From a virus, in the IMG/VR virus record IMGVR_UViG_3300047274_000223: 64,000 nt of DNA; one strand, written 5' to 3'. Every line of letters starts with the position of its first letter. Position 1 is the stretch's first letter. The notes below the pieces were generated by a model that had not been told where the DNA came from, searched no databases, and saw nothing but the letters and a program-made list of their open reading frames with translations. This document shows, one piece after another, positions 1 to 9,995 of this stretch. The translations under genes and the position numbers were made by a program.

Positions 1-633
1 AAGGCAAAGCAAAGACAGAATTATGCGAAAGCACAAAGAGGTGATTTCCGTAAGACTGCTTCATCGAATCCTGGTCTCCATGGATATGCTCACAAGTCCG
101 ATGATCCTAAGGTGAAAGCAAAGCAAGCAGCAAGAGGAGCACAAAGAGGTGCTTTAACTCCTAAAGAGAGAAAGGATCTCAACATGGGTTATGAAATGAT
201 CGGCAACTCTTTAGAAGAGGGTGGTTTAGAAGTACAGAACATCCATGAGATCTCTGCTGATCTTGGTCTTCGTGCATCAAAAGCAGCAGATAAAAAGAGA
301 GCCGAACTAGCTCGTGCTGGTGATAGGGAAGGTGCAGCAGCAAAGGCAGCACAAGCAAAGAGACTTTATGGTAAGCAAGCTGCTAGGAGATTGGGTAGAG
401 AAGAACAAACTGAAATGATTGGTAATTCTCTAGAGGAAGGTGGTCTTGAAGTTCGTAATTACTCTTGGGAAGAAGTAAATGAAGCACAAGAGGCTCGTAA
501 CAATCCCGAGAAGTACGAAGCAGGACAAAAGAAAAAGTATGCTCCTGTCCGTGGAGAGAAAACTCCTATGCCACCTAGAGGTGACAAGCGTAGAGAGGAT
601 TTTGAGAAGTGGTATGCTGCTAACGTTCGCTGA
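1..633 (+). CDS. 5'-partial Lys/Arg-rich hypothetical protein, putative internal head protein
   Basis: Frame 1 is open from base 1 (KAKQRQNYAKAQRGDF...) to TGA at 631-633; basic blocks are separated by a duplicated acidic motif EMIGNSLEEGGLEV. Confidence 0.7.
   Translation, partial: KAKQRQNYAKAQRGDFRKTASSNPGLHGYAHKSDDPKVKAKQAARGAQRGALTPKERKDLNMGYEMIGNSLEEGGLEVQNIHEISADLGLRASKAADKKRAELARAGDREGAAAKAAQAKRLYGKQAARRLGREEQTEMIGNSLEEGGLEVRNYSWEEVNEAQEARNNPEKYEAGQKKKYAPVRGEKTPMPPRGDKRREDFEKWYAANVR
193..453 (+). repeat. Two copies of a 14-codon repeat (EMIGNSLEEGGLEV) at 193-234 and 412-453
   Basis: Identical peptide with synonymous nucleotide differences. Confidence 0.9.
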
Positions 634-643
634 GGTTAAATAA

Positions 644-1726
644 ATGAAAACATTCCAATCATTCATCTCCGAAGAAGGGGAAAAAGTAAAAAGAGGTAAG
701 GAAATCTCTGTTGGTAAGAACACTGTTAAGATCAATCCTGACAGTGAAGAATTGAAGGAAGTCGCTCCTCCAACTGCAAAGGCGGAGCGTATGGTTAAGC
801 ATATTAAGAAGTCTTATTCTAAGGATGGTAAATTAACCGACAAGGAAAAAGAAATTGCATATGCAACTGCGTGGAAACATCATAATACTGAATCTGCTGT
901 TCCTGGTAAACCTGCAGAAAAACTCGGTGCTGTAACTGCCATCCCTAAGGATGAGCGTGATGCTGCAAGAGAAAGAACTCTTGCTAAAGCAAAAGCAGCA
1001 CGAGCAGCAAGAGAAAAGGGAATGAAGGAAGAGATTGAAATTGAAGAAGGCATGACCATGAAGGATTTCAAAGCAAACCGCAGAAAACTCAAGCGTAGAG
1101 AAGCTTCTGCCGATGCCAAGAAGAGAGGTCATGTAGGTAAAGAATGGTATAACAGTGGTAGGACCTATTCTCCTGATGAAGCGAAGAGTGGTCGTGCAAA
1201 TATGCCTGATCATGAAAGACAAACAAGACATCGTAGTGCTGTAGATCCTGATAATGATAATGATGATATGTACTCAGCAGATAAGACGAAGAATCCTAAG
1301 AAACTTCGCAAGCAGAAGGCAATGGGAGAAATTGGTGAATCACTTCTTTCGTTCTCTAACTTCATGGAAGCACGTAGAATGGATCGTGAAGGTGTAGATC
1401 GTGGTGATGCTGGTCGTGAACAACGTGCTGCTAAAGCAAAAGCATCTTTAGCAGCAAAGGCAAAGAGAGATACTGCAATCGACAAGTATGAGAAATCTTC
1501 TGGTCGCACTGTAGATCGTTCTAAGTCTGTAGAGTACAAAGCACACGCTAAGAATCATCCTGGTTCTCGTCAAGAACCTAAAGTAAAGGGTGCAAAAGAA
1601 ACTCCTGCTGAAACTCACAGCAGAAGAGTTAATCGTCAGGTTGCTAGAGTTTTGAAGCACGGTCCAACATCTAAAGAAAAGCGTGAGAACGAGGCAATGT
1701 CAAAACACACATCTCGTTTTGACTAA
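644..1726 (+). CDS. Highly charged hypothetical protein, putative internal head protein
   Basis: 360-aa ORF after TAAATA (637-642); starts MKTFQSFISEE, internal LLSFSNFMEA; Lys/Arg-rich blocks. Confidence 0.75.
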   Translation: MKTFQSFISEEGEKVKRGKEISVGKNTVKINPDSEELKEVAPPTAKAERMVKHIKKSYSKDGKLTDKEKEIAYATAWKHHNTESAVPGKPAEKLGAVTAIPKDERDAARERTLAKAKAARAAREKGMKEEIEIEEGMTMKDFKANRRKLKRREASADAKKRGHVGKEWYNSGRTYSPDEAKSGRANMPDHERQTRHRSAVDPDNDNDDMYSADKTKNPKKLRKQKAMGEIGESLLSFSNFMEARRMDREGVDRGDAGREQRAAKAKASLAAKAKRDTAIDKYEKSSGRTVDRSKSVEYKAHAKNHPGSRQEPKVKGAKETPAETHSRRVNRQVARVLKHGPTSKEKRENEAMSKHTSRFD

Positions 1727-1772
1727 ATAACTGGGGAGACCCATACGTTAAGTAAACATTAAGGAGGTTATT

Positions 1773-1991
1773 ATGGGAGGAATCGTAGCAGTAGTTAAGC
1801 CACTACTAATGCAAATTGCAACCCATCCTGCTGTTAAGAAACTCGTTATTGATCTTCTTGAGAAGTATGTGAAATCAACCGACAACAGCATCGATGACAT
1901 GATCCTAACAACTGTTAAGGCAGCAATGTTCAAGGATCAAGTTACTGGTGAGGTTGCTGGAGTTGCTTCAAAACTCGGCATTAAACTATGA
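1773..1991 (+). CDS. Small hypothetical protein
   Basis: 72-aa ORF with strong RBS (AAGGAGG). Confidence 0.75.
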   Translation: MGGIVAVVKPLLMQIATHPAVKKLVIDLLEKYVKSTDNSIDDMILTTVKAAMFKDQVTGEVAGVASKLGIKL

Positions 1992-2140
1992 TCACTTGTT
2001 TTCTAACAAACTGGGGAGTAACCATTGTCTTAGGGTTACTCCTTTCTTTATCTGAATACTTGGCAAAGACCAATAAGACTAAGGCAAATGGTATTCTCGA
2101 TTTCGTATCGGATACACTAAAAACGATATTAAATAAATAA
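1988..2140 (+). CDS. Small membrane protein, possibly holin-like
   Basis: Hand-translated MITCFLTNWGVTIVLGLLLSLSEYLAKTNKTKANGILDFVSDTLKTILNK; ATGA overlap with previous stop; one hydrophobic helix. Confidence 0.6.
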   Translation: MITCFLTNWGVTIVLGLLLSLSEYLAKTNKTKANGILDFVSDTLKTILNK

Positions 2141-2176
2141 TATACAGGATAATTAAAGTTTATTGGAGAATAGCAA

Positions 2177-2803
2177 ATGTCTCTTTACGATAGAGTAGAC
2201 TCAAACGCAGCGAAGACTGCAATTGAAAATCTTCGCAACGCAGTTCCTAACACTGCAACAGAAACAATCGTTTTCGTAGATGGTACAGAAGCATCACTAA
2301 ACGAAAATGCTTCTCGTGGTATCACTGGCCCAGGTTGGTGGTCATATCGCACCTATACTGATGTATCTGGTAAAACTCGTCATAAGGCAGAGCACCTAGT
2401 ATTCATCAGCAATCCTGAGGCAAACGCAGACGAAACTCAGTCTGATGACACTATCGCAGCAGACGTAGCATCGGCAGTAACCATCAGTGGTCAACCAGCA
2501 GCATCGACTTCTTCCTCTGGTGCTGGAACCTTTGCGGTTACTACTTCGACTACAGGAACTCCTGGAGCACTTTCATATCAGTGGCAGCGTCAGACTGCAA
2601 CCGCAACTACTCGTTGGGTTGACATCACTGCATCACTCGATAGTGGAATCACCTATGCAGACTTCACAACTGCAACTCTCGCATACAGCGGTCTTGCAGA
2701 TGATAACCTAGATGGTTATAAGTATCGCGTCAAGATCACTTCTGCTGGTGGTACTGAGGAAGTTATTTCTAATGGTACTGCAACTCTAACATTCGGAGAC
2801 TGA
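2177..2803 (+). CDS. Virion structural protein with C-terminal Ig-like domain
   Basis: RBS GGAG; C-terminal VTISGQP...FAVT...LSYQWQ...YRVKIT...ATLT pattern typical of I-set Ig folds. Confidence 0.65.
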   Translation: MSLYDRVDSNAAKTAIENLRNAVPNTATETIVFVDGTEASLNENASRGITGPGWWSYRTYTDVSGKTRHKAEHLVFISNPEANADETQSDDTIAADVASAVTISGQPAASTSSSGAGTFAVTTSTTGTPGALSYQWQRQTATATTRWVDITASLDSGITYADFTTATLAYSGLADDNLDGYKYRVKITSAGGTEEVISNGTATLTFGD

Positions 2804-2817
2804 TGAATAGGTAGATT

Positions 2818-3180
2818 ATGCATTTTGATGAATTAAATGAGGATAATTTTTTGTTATTTGCTATCAAGCATTACGAAAATCCTCAGTCCGTCACATATGA
2901 AGACTTTGAGGAGGATCTTAAGAGATTTAAATACCTTAAGAGACTCCTGAAAAGATATCAAAAGGGTGGTGAACTGAGAACTCATTTAATTTTAAATCAT
3001 ATTATCATCCTATACAATGTATTTGGTGAAGCAGCAACTCCACTTATTCTTTATAAACTAGAACCAGAATATTGGTCATCGATTAAAACTTTTTTGATAT
3101 TTCTCAATCGGTGGCCAATTGGTCTGTTAGAACAAATTGAGATTGATATAGAAATTGACATTATACTTCAGGACCTATGA
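2818..3180 (+). CDS. Conserved T4-like phage hypothetical protein
   Basis: FDELNEDNFLLFAIKHYENPQ...DLKRFKYLKRLL...LILNHIIILYNVFG resembles a conserved cyanomyovirus ORF found upstream of primase. Confidence 0.75.
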   Translation: MHFDELNEDNFLLFAIKHYENPQSVTYEDFEEDLKRFKYLKRLLKRYQKGGELRTHLILNHIIILYNVFGEAATPLILYKLEPEYWSSIKTFLIFLNRWPIGLLEQIEIDIEIDIILQDL

Positions 3181-3716
3181 AAGAAGAAACTAATATATCT
3201 GCTGGAACCCCACCTACGAATTCTGTTGGTACTGGGGTTGAAACGTCTTTACCTCCTGCAGTAGAACCTCCTGGTATTCCTAGGGGATCTAAAGTAATTA
3301 AGAGGAAGAAGAGGAAAAAGATATATGAAGCAGCAATGGTTTATGCTTTTAGAGTAACAATTGCCGATCTTGGGGATATTGTCATCTATGCTAAAACCGA
3401 AACACAAGTTAGAACAAAACTTAGAGATTATCTTCGCAACTCAGGACAAATTATAAATATTCAAAGAATCTTTGCCACTGATGTTATAGATTTTTATACT
3501 CAGAAAAGAGCAAAGGCGATGAAAAGATTACCAGATGTGGTGTTAGAACAAATGGAACAAGATAAGGAACAAGCTAAAGACCAGCAGCAAGTAGCAAAAC
3601 AAAATGCTACGCAAAGACTTGCGTTAGTAAAGAAGCAAGCAGCACAAAATTTAGCTCTTAAGAAGAAAGAACTGCAGAAGTCTGCCGCTACTGGCACAAC
3701 TCCCCCAGCAATGTGA
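3177..3716 (+). CDS. Hypothetical protein
   Basis: 179-aa ORF, ATGA-coupled; Pro-rich N-terminus, Gln/Lys coiled-coil C-terminus. Confidence 0.7.
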   Translation: MKEETNISAGTPPTNSVGTGVETSLPPAVEPPGIPRGSKVIKRKKRKKIYEAAMVYAFRVTIADLGDIVIYAKTETQVRTKLRDYLRNSGQIINIQRIFATDVIDFYTQKRAKAMKRLPDVVLEQMEQDKEQAKDQQQVAKQNATQRLALVKKQAAQNLALKKKELQKSAATGTTPPAM

Positions 3717-3724
3717 GGTGAGAA

Positions 3725-4153
3725 ATGGCATTTGGTCTCCAGAAGTTAGCGGTCCTTGAAAGCAAACTCGATATTTATGAAGACCTATCAAAAGAAATGC
3801 TTGATAAACTTGAGCGAGCAGTTGCTACGATTAGTGAAAACAGCAATAGAGTTGCTGTCATTCTAGAGCGTCATGAAAATCGCTTAAATGAAAGTGATAA
3901 GAATGACCAACTCATCATTAAAATGCTAGAAGATGTGAAGACTGCTAATACTAAAGAGCATAAAGCAGTAATTGACAGACTTGATAAACTAGAAACAAGG
4001 GTAAACGACCTTGCTACCTTTCGCTGGATCGCCACTGGCATCGGCACTGCTGCTGTGATCGTCATTGGATCTGCAACATTCTTTGGCAATCTCTTGACAG
4101 TCGGTAGGACCCCTGGTAATATAGGTGGAGCGATCCCATCCCAATCTAGATGA
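3725..4153 (+). CDS. Coiled-coil protein with C-terminal transmembrane segment
   Basis: 142 aa; heptad-rich body then WIATGIGTAAVIVIGSATFF. Confidence 0.75.
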   Translation: MAFGLQKLAVLESKLDIYEDLSKEMLDKLERAVATISENSNRVAVILERHENRLNESDKNDQLIIKMLEDVKTANTKEHKAVIDRLDKLETRVNDLATFRWIATGIGTAAVIVIGSATFFGNLLTVGRTPGNIGGAIPSQSR

Positions 4154-5145
4154 GTTACATTGACATTGAATATGTGAATCTGGTTTCATCCAGACTGGAT
4201 AAATTCTCACGTAAAAAAGATAATCTATATAACTTTCGATGCCCCTATTGTGGTGACTCTCAAAAGAAGCAGTCAAAGACACGGGGGTATTTGTATCTGA
4301 AAAAGAACGACATCCTGTTTAAGTGTCATAACTGTGGAGTTGGAAGGACTCTTGCAAACTTCTTAAAGGACAATGCAAACGATTTATATGACGAATACGT
4401 ACTAGCAAGATACAAAGAGGGCCTGACTGGAAAGGCAACAAACACCCCCAACCCAAAACTAGAATTCGAGAAACCGAAATTCCAAAGTAATAAGAAAGGT
4501 GTGGTTCCTATTTCCATTCTTGATGAGGTACATCCCGCAAAAAAGTATCTACTGGATCGAAAGATCCCCAAAGATAAACTAAATAAACTTTACTACTGCC
4601 CCAAATATAAAGCGTGGGTAAATTCTCAAAAGGAAACATTCAATAACATAGACGACGATCATGGTCGTATTATTATTCCACTGATTTCTAACGGTCAGTG
4701 GTTTGGTTTTCAAGGCCGATCCTTGACAAACAACACCCAATTAAGGTATATTACTACCATACTAGACGACTCTCATCCTAAGATCTATAATCTTGATGGA
4801 GTAGACTACACCAAAAATGTCTTTATTACCGAAGGTCCTATTGACAGTCTGTTCTTAACTAATGCTATTGCTATGGTTGGTGCCGACGTAGATTGGGAAT
4901 TCCTTTCCAGCAAAACTAATTTCGTATTTGTTTACGATAATGAACCACGAAATCCTCAGATTGTTGCTAGGATGCAAAAGGTAATAGATAGAAAACTACC
5001 AATCGTTCTCTTCCCATCAGATATTCATGAAAAGGATCTAAACGATATGGTTCTTGCTGGACATGATGTTCAGCAAATCGTAGAGTCAAACATCTACGAA
5101 GGTCTAGAAGCACAACTTAAATTTAACACTTGGAAAAAAGTATGA
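4150..5145 (+). CDS. gp61: DNA primase (T4 gp61)
   Basis: Zn-binding CPYCGDS...FKCHNCG; TOPRIM TEGPIDS and YDNEPRN, KDLND motifs. Confidence 0.95.
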   Translation: MSYIDIEYVNLVSSRLDKFSRKKDNLYNFRCPYCGDSQKKQSKTRGYLYLKKNDILFKCHNCGVGRTLANFLKDNANDLYDEYVLARYKEGLTGKATNTPNPKLEFEKPKFQSNKKGVVPISILDEVHPAKKYLLDRKIPKDKLNKLYYCPKYKAWVNSQKETFNNIDDDHGRIIIPLISNGQWFGFQGRSLTNNTQLRYITTILDDSHPKIYNLDGVDYTKNVFITEGPIDSLFLTNAIAMVGADVDWEFLSSKTNFVFVYDNEPRNPQIVARMQKVIDRKLPIVLFPSDIHEKDLNDMVLAGHDVQQIVESNIYEGLEAQLKFNTWKKV

Positions 5146-7445
5146 GCAACGGCATCAAAGTAGAAAAAAGAAATGGTTCAATCGAGTCTATTGACATTGA
5201 AAAGATTCATGTCATGGTTGAACATGCTTGTGATGGACTGAGTGGTGTGTCTGCTTCACAAGTAGAAATGAACGCAAACATTCAGTTTTATGATGGCATC
5301 AAAACTTCCGAAATCCAAGAGATCTTGGTACGATCAGCTAGTGATCTTATCTCTCTTGATAATCCAAATTATCAGTATGTTGCTGCTCGTCTTCTCCTTT
5401 TCGGTCTACGCAAGCATGTCTTTGGACAGAATTGGAAGGTAGAGTTCCCAAATATTCATGATCATCTTGTCGGTGGAGTTTCCCTAAACATCTATGATGC
5501 TGATCTTCTTTGGAAATACTCCATGGAAGAGTGGGATAAGATCAACACCTGGATTGATCATGATCGTGACTTTCTGTTTACATATGCTGGATTGAGACAG
5601 GTTGTAGATAAATATCTTGTACAAGATCGCAGTAACAGTCAACTGTTTGAGACTCCTCAATACATGTATATGTTGATTGCTGCTACTTTGTTTGCTACTT
5701 ATCCCCAAGAAACTCGTCTATCTTATGTCAAACGATACTACGACGCAATCAGCAAACACAAAATCAACATTCCCACACCTATCATGGCGGGAGTGCGAAC
5801 TCCACTTCGACAATTTGCTAGCTGTGTGCTTGTTGACAGCGATGACACCCTCGATAGTATCTTTACTAGTGATATGGCTATTGGCAGATACGTTGCACAA
5901 AGGGCGGGCATCGGTATCAACGCGGGTCGCATCCGTGGCATCAACAGCAAAATCAGAGGCGGAGAAGTTCAGCACACAGGCGTTGTCCCTTTCCTCAAAA
6001 AGTTTGAAGCAACTGTCAGATGCTGCACTCAAAATGGCATCCGAGGTGGATCAGCGACTGTCCACTTCCCCATCTGGCACCAAGAAATCGAAGACATCCT
6101 AGTACTAAAAAATAATAAAGGAACCGAAGATAACCGAGTTCGTAAGTTAGACTACAGCATCCAGATCAGCAAACTCTTCTATGAACGATTCATCAAGAAC
6201 GAGACCATTTCACTCTTCAGTCCACATGACGTTCCTCAGCTTAGTGCTAATTTTGGGCTTGATGGATTTGACGATTTATATCTGGCTGCAGAACGAGATC
6301 AGTCTATTCCAAGAAAAACTATTGCTGCTCAAGAACTCCTTCTGGACCTCTTGAAAGAACGTGCAGAGACTGGTCGTTTGTATATTATGAACATTGACCA
6401 TTGTAACTCACACTCTTCCTTTAAAGATAAGGTATGGATGAGTAACCTCTGTCAGGAGATTACCCTTCCCACCAAACCACTTCAGCATATCGACGACCCT
6501 ATGGGTGAGATTGCTCTGTGTATTTTGTCTGCTATTAACGTAGGTAAGCTTCATAAACTAGATGAACTGGAAGAACTTTGTGATCTTGCTGTTCGTGGAT
6601 TGGATGAATTGATTGATTATCAAGAATATCCTGTTCTTGCTGCAGAACTTTCTACTCTTAATCGTCGTTCACTTGGCATTGGTTTTATTGGCCTTGCTCA
6701 CTATCTTGCTCGTCATGGTGAGCACTATGATGATCCTGGTGCATGGAAACTAGTTCATGATCTTACTGAGGCATTCCAATACTATCTCCTGAAGGCATCT
6801 AATCAACTTGCTAAAGAGTATGGTCCTTGTGGATACTTTGATCGTACTAAGTATGCAGATGGAATTCTTCCAATCGATACATACAAGAAGGAGGTTGATG
6901 AAATTGTTCCTAACGAATTAAATTATGATTGGGATAGTCTCAGGGAGTCTATTAAACAGTTCGGTCTCAGGAACTCAACATTGTCCGCACAAATGCCATC
7001 GGAGAGCAGTTCCGTTGTGTCAAATGAAACAAACGGAATTGAACCACCTAGAGATTACTTGTCCGTTAAGAAATCGAAGAAGGGTCCGCTTAAGCAAATT
7101 GTTCCCCAGTACCAATCACTTAAGAACAATTACACGCTTCTGTGGGATATGCCTAGCAATACTGGTTATATTAACATTGTTGCAGTTATGCAGAAGTTCT
7201 TCGATCAAGCGATTTCTGGAAACTGGAGTTACAACCCAGAGAATTATGAAAATTCTGAAGTTCCTGTGTCAGTGATGGCAACTGACTTCCTCAATACATA
7301 TAAGTACGGTTGGAAGACCAGCTATTATCAAAATACATATGATGCTAAACGTGATCCCGATGAAGAAGTAAAGCAGAATGTTGACGACTTGGTGAATGAT
7401 CTGCTACAATCGGATGAAGAGGATTGTGATTCCTGCAAAATTTAA
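5142..7445 (+). CDS. nrdA: Ribonucleotide reductase class Ia alpha subunit
   Basis: N-terminal ATP cone (VEKRNG), PTPIMAGVRT, FASCVL, SNLCQEI, MPSESSS, C-terminal CDSCKI; start taken at ATG 5142 coupled to primase stop. Confidence 0.97.
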   Translation: MSNGIKVEKRNGSIESIDIEKIHVMVEHACDGLSGVSASQVEMNANIQFYDGIKTSEIQEILVRSASDLISLDNPNYQYVAARLLLFGLRKHVFGQNWKVEFPNIHDHLVGGVSLNIYDADLLWKYSMEEWDKINTWIDHDRDFLFTYAGLRQVVDKYLVQDRSNSQLFETPQYMYMLIAATLFATYPQETRLSYVKRYYDAISKHKINIPTPIMAGVRTPLRQFASCVLVDSDDTLDSIFTSDMAIGRYVAQRAGIGINAGRIRGINSKIRGGEVQHTGVVPFLKKFEATVRCCTQNGIRGGSATVHFPIWHQEIEDILVLKNNKGTEDNRVRKLDYSIQISKLFYERFIKNETISLFSPHDVPQLSANFGLDGFDDLYLAAERDQSIPRKTIAAQELLLDLLKERAETGRLYIMNIDHCNSHSSFKDKVWMSNLCQEITLPTKPLQHIDDPMGEIALCILSAINVGKLHKLDELEELCDLAVRGLDELIDYQEYPVLAAELSTLNRRSLGIGFIGLAHYLARHGEHYDDPGAWKLVHDLTEAFQYYLLKASNQLAKEYGPCGYFDRTKYADGILPIDTYKKEVDEIVPNELNYDWDSLRESIKQFGLRNSTLSAQMPSESSSVVSNETNGIEPPRDYLSVKKSKKGPLKQIVPQYQSLKNNYTLLWDMPSNTGYINIVAVMQKFFDQAISGNWSYNPENYENSEVPVSVMATDFLNTYKYGWKTSYYQNTYDAKRDPDEEVKQNVDDLVNDLLQSDEEDCDSCKI

Positions 7446-7455
7446 GGAGAAGTAA

Positions 7456-8598
7456 ATGGTAGAAGGTATGACAGTTTTTAACCCAGTTAAAACAGACACT
7501 AAAAAACAACCGATGTTCTTCGGTGCTCCTCTAGGAGTTCAAAGATACGATTCATACAAATACCCAGACTTCGATAAACTTACACAAGCACAATTAGGAT
7601 ACTTCTGGAGACCCGAGGAGGTCTCCCTTCAGAAGGATCGTGCCGACTATGCCACTCTTCGCCCTGAGCAAAAGCATATCTTTACTTCTAATCTGAAGTA
7701 CCAGATCCTTTTGGATTCTGTGCAGGGTCGTGGGCCTGGTATGGCATTTATTCCTTATTGCTCACTTCCTGAGTTAGAAGCATGTATGGAAGTGTGGGGA
7801 TTTATGGAGATGATTCATTCACGTTCGTACACTTATATTATTAAGAATGTGTACTCGGATCCTACTGAGGTATTCGATACTATTTTAGATGATGAAAAGA
7901 TTTTAGAACGTGCTAAGAGTGTAACTGCTGCTTATGATGAGTTTATTCAAGCAGCACAACAGTATGGCAATTCAAATGACTGGATTCTTGCTCAAGAAGG
8001 TGCAGGAACTTTTAGGGAGCAAAGGTATGAACTCAAGAGAAAACTATATCGAGCGATTGCTAACGTTAATATCCTCGAAGGAATTCGGTTCTACGTATCG
8101 TTTGCCTGCTCTTTCGCTTTTGGTGAACTTAAACTCATGGAAGGAAGTGCCAAAATCATTTCCCTCATCGCCAGAGACGAATCCCAACATTTAGTTTTGA
8201 CACAAAAAATCCTAAATAAATGGGCAGCTGGTGATGATCCAGATATGGTTCGTATTGCTGAGGAAGAGAAAGAAAATATTATTCGGATGTTTAAAGAGAC
8301 TGTAGAACAAGAAAAGTCTTGGGCAGAGTATCTGTTTAAAGATGGTTCTATGATTGGTTTGAATACAAAACTTCTTTCGCAATATGTGGAGTGGGTCGCT
8401 AATCGTCGCCTAAAATCGATTGGTCTGAATCCAATCTATGATATTCCAGCAAAAAATAATCCTCTTCCCTGGACTGAGCACTGGTTGAATTCTAAGTCAA
8501 TGCAGAATGCTCCCCAGGAAACCGAAATTGAATCATATGTTATCGGAGGAATTAAACAAGACGTAACTAAAAACACATTCGCAGGTTTTCAATTATGA
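7456..8598 (+). CDS. nrdB: Ribonucleotide reductase class Ia beta subunit
   Basis: FWRPEEV, DSVQGRG, EMIHSRSYT, LEGIRFYVSF, RDESQH, APQETEIESY. Confidence 0.97.
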   Translation: MVEGMTVFNPVKTDTKKQPMFFGAPLGVQRYDSYKYPDFDKLTQAQLGYFWRPEEVSLQKDRADYATLRPEQKHIFTSNLKYQILLDSVQGRGPGMAFIPYCSLPELEACMEVWGFMEMIHSRSYTYIIKNVYSDPTEVFDTILDDEKILERAKSVTAAYDEFIQAAQQYGNSNDWILAQEGAGTFREQRYELKRKLYRAIANVNILEGIRFYVSFACSFAFGELKLMEGSAKIISLIARDESQHLVLTQKILNKWAAGDDPDMVRIAEEEKENIIRMFKETVEQEKSWAEYLFKDGSMIGLNTKLLSQYVEWVANRRLKSIGLNPIYDIPAKNNPLPWTEHWLNSKSMQNAPQETEIESYVIGGIKQDVTKNTFAGFQL

Positions 8599-9989
8599 CT
8601 TTACCAGCATCAGGATTAAAATTAATCAAAGAGTTTGAAGGGTGCAGATTAACTGCTTATCCCGATCCTCTTTCTGGAGGTAAACCATATACATGTGGTT
8701 GGGGTTCCACTCGTAAGAGGGATGGATCCCCTTTTTCCTTAGGTGAAACTATCTCTCAGGTAGAGGCTGACTCACTCTTAGAGGAAGAATGCGAAAAGCA
8801 TTTCCTTCCATCACTCACTAAAGTTCCATATTGGAACGAGATGTCTCCTGAGCAACAGGGGGCACTTTTGTCGTTTGCATATAACCTAGGAGCAGGATTC
8901 GTTGGAGATCGTTCTAACTTCAACTCAATCAACACTGCTCTAGAGTCAAAAGCAAACTGGGTCAATGTACCAGCAGCACTCTATAAGTACCGCAACCCAG
9001 GATCGTCCGTAGAGGCAGGTCTAGCACGTCGTAGGACTGCTGAGGGTGATCTATGGAAGAAGGGCATGGCAGGTGGTTCTGCTGCCCCTGCAGCTGCTCC
9101 TGCTGCCCCTGCAGCACCAGTACAGACTGTTCCACCATCCAAGGTTCTTATCAACTTCTTTAAGTTCTATGATGAGAACAACGACAACCATGTTGCAGCA
9201 GTAGAACTACTTGAGGCATCGATTCCTGAGCACCTCAATCAGGATTCACCTTGGGTTGTAACCTATCGTGGTGGTAATGCTACTGGTGGCAAGCCCGATC
9301 TACACAAGTTCTTTGAGTTCTTCTCCGAGAGAAATTCAAATCATCTAACTGCTGTTGCTCAACTAGAAGCAGCAATGAAAGTTACTGATCCAGATTGTCT
9401 CGTTGATGACGGCGCTGGTGGTGCTATTGATTCTGCCTGGATTGAAAAGTATCGTAGCAAACCACCCATTCCACCTGTTCTTCCTGTACCATACTTCAAT
9501 CAGGTGGACAACTACAGAGACGCACATAGAACTTGCAACAGTTCCTCTTGTGCTATGTGTCTAGAGTTCCTCAAGCCTGGTACTCTATCAGGTCCTAAGG
9601 GAGACGATGCATATGTTACGAAGGTATTCCAGATCGGTGATACAACTGATCACGCAGTTCAGACGAAGGTTCTTGCGTCATATGGAGTCAAGTCCCATTT
9701 CTCATATAATCTATCCTTTGCTGATCTGGATAAGTCCCTTGCTCGTGGTAAGCCCGTGGTTATTGGCATTCTCCACAGGGGTTCTCTTAGTGCTCCTACT
9801 GGTGGACACATGTGTGTAGTCATCGGTAAGAAGGGTGATGGATATGTCGTAAATGATCCATATGGTTCATGTAACGATAACTATACTGGTCCTGTAACCA
9901 ACGGTAAGGGCACAGTATACAGCAGAGCAATGCTCAAGGCACGTTGGTGTCCTGGTGGCAATGATGGTTGGGGTCGTATTTTTGATTAA
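8595..9989 (+). CDS. Modular endolysin: GH24 lysozyme plus C39-like cysteine peptidase
   Basis: N-terminal LIKEFEGCRLTAYPD...TCGWGST and GLARRRTAE (GH24); C-terminal VPYFNQ...TCNSSSCAM...GHMCVVIG...VNDPYG (C39-like). Confidence 0.85.
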   Translation: MTLPASGLKLIKEFEGCRLTAYPDPLSGGKPYTCGWGSTRKRDGSPFSLGETISQVEADSLLEEECEKHFLPSLTKVPYWNEMSPEQQGALLSFAYNLGAGFVGDRSNFNSINTALESKANWVNVPAALYKYRNPGSSVEAGLARRRTAEGDLWKKGMAGGSAAPAAAPAAPAAPVQTVPPSKVLINFFKFYDENNDNHVAAVELLEASIPEHLNQDSPWVVTYRGGNATGGKPDLHKFFEFFSERNSNHLTAVAQLEAAMKVTDPDCLVDDGAGGAIDSAWIEKYRSKPPIPPVLPVPYFNQVDNYRDAHRTCNSSSCAMCLEFLKPGTLSGPKGDDAYVTKVFQIGDTTDHAVQTKVLASYGVKSHFSYNLSFADLDKSLARGKPVVIGILHRGSLSAPTGGHMCVVIGKKGDGYVVNDPYGSCNDNYTGPVTNGKGTVYSRAMLKARWCPGGNDGWGRIFD

Positions 9990-9995
9990 TTTACT

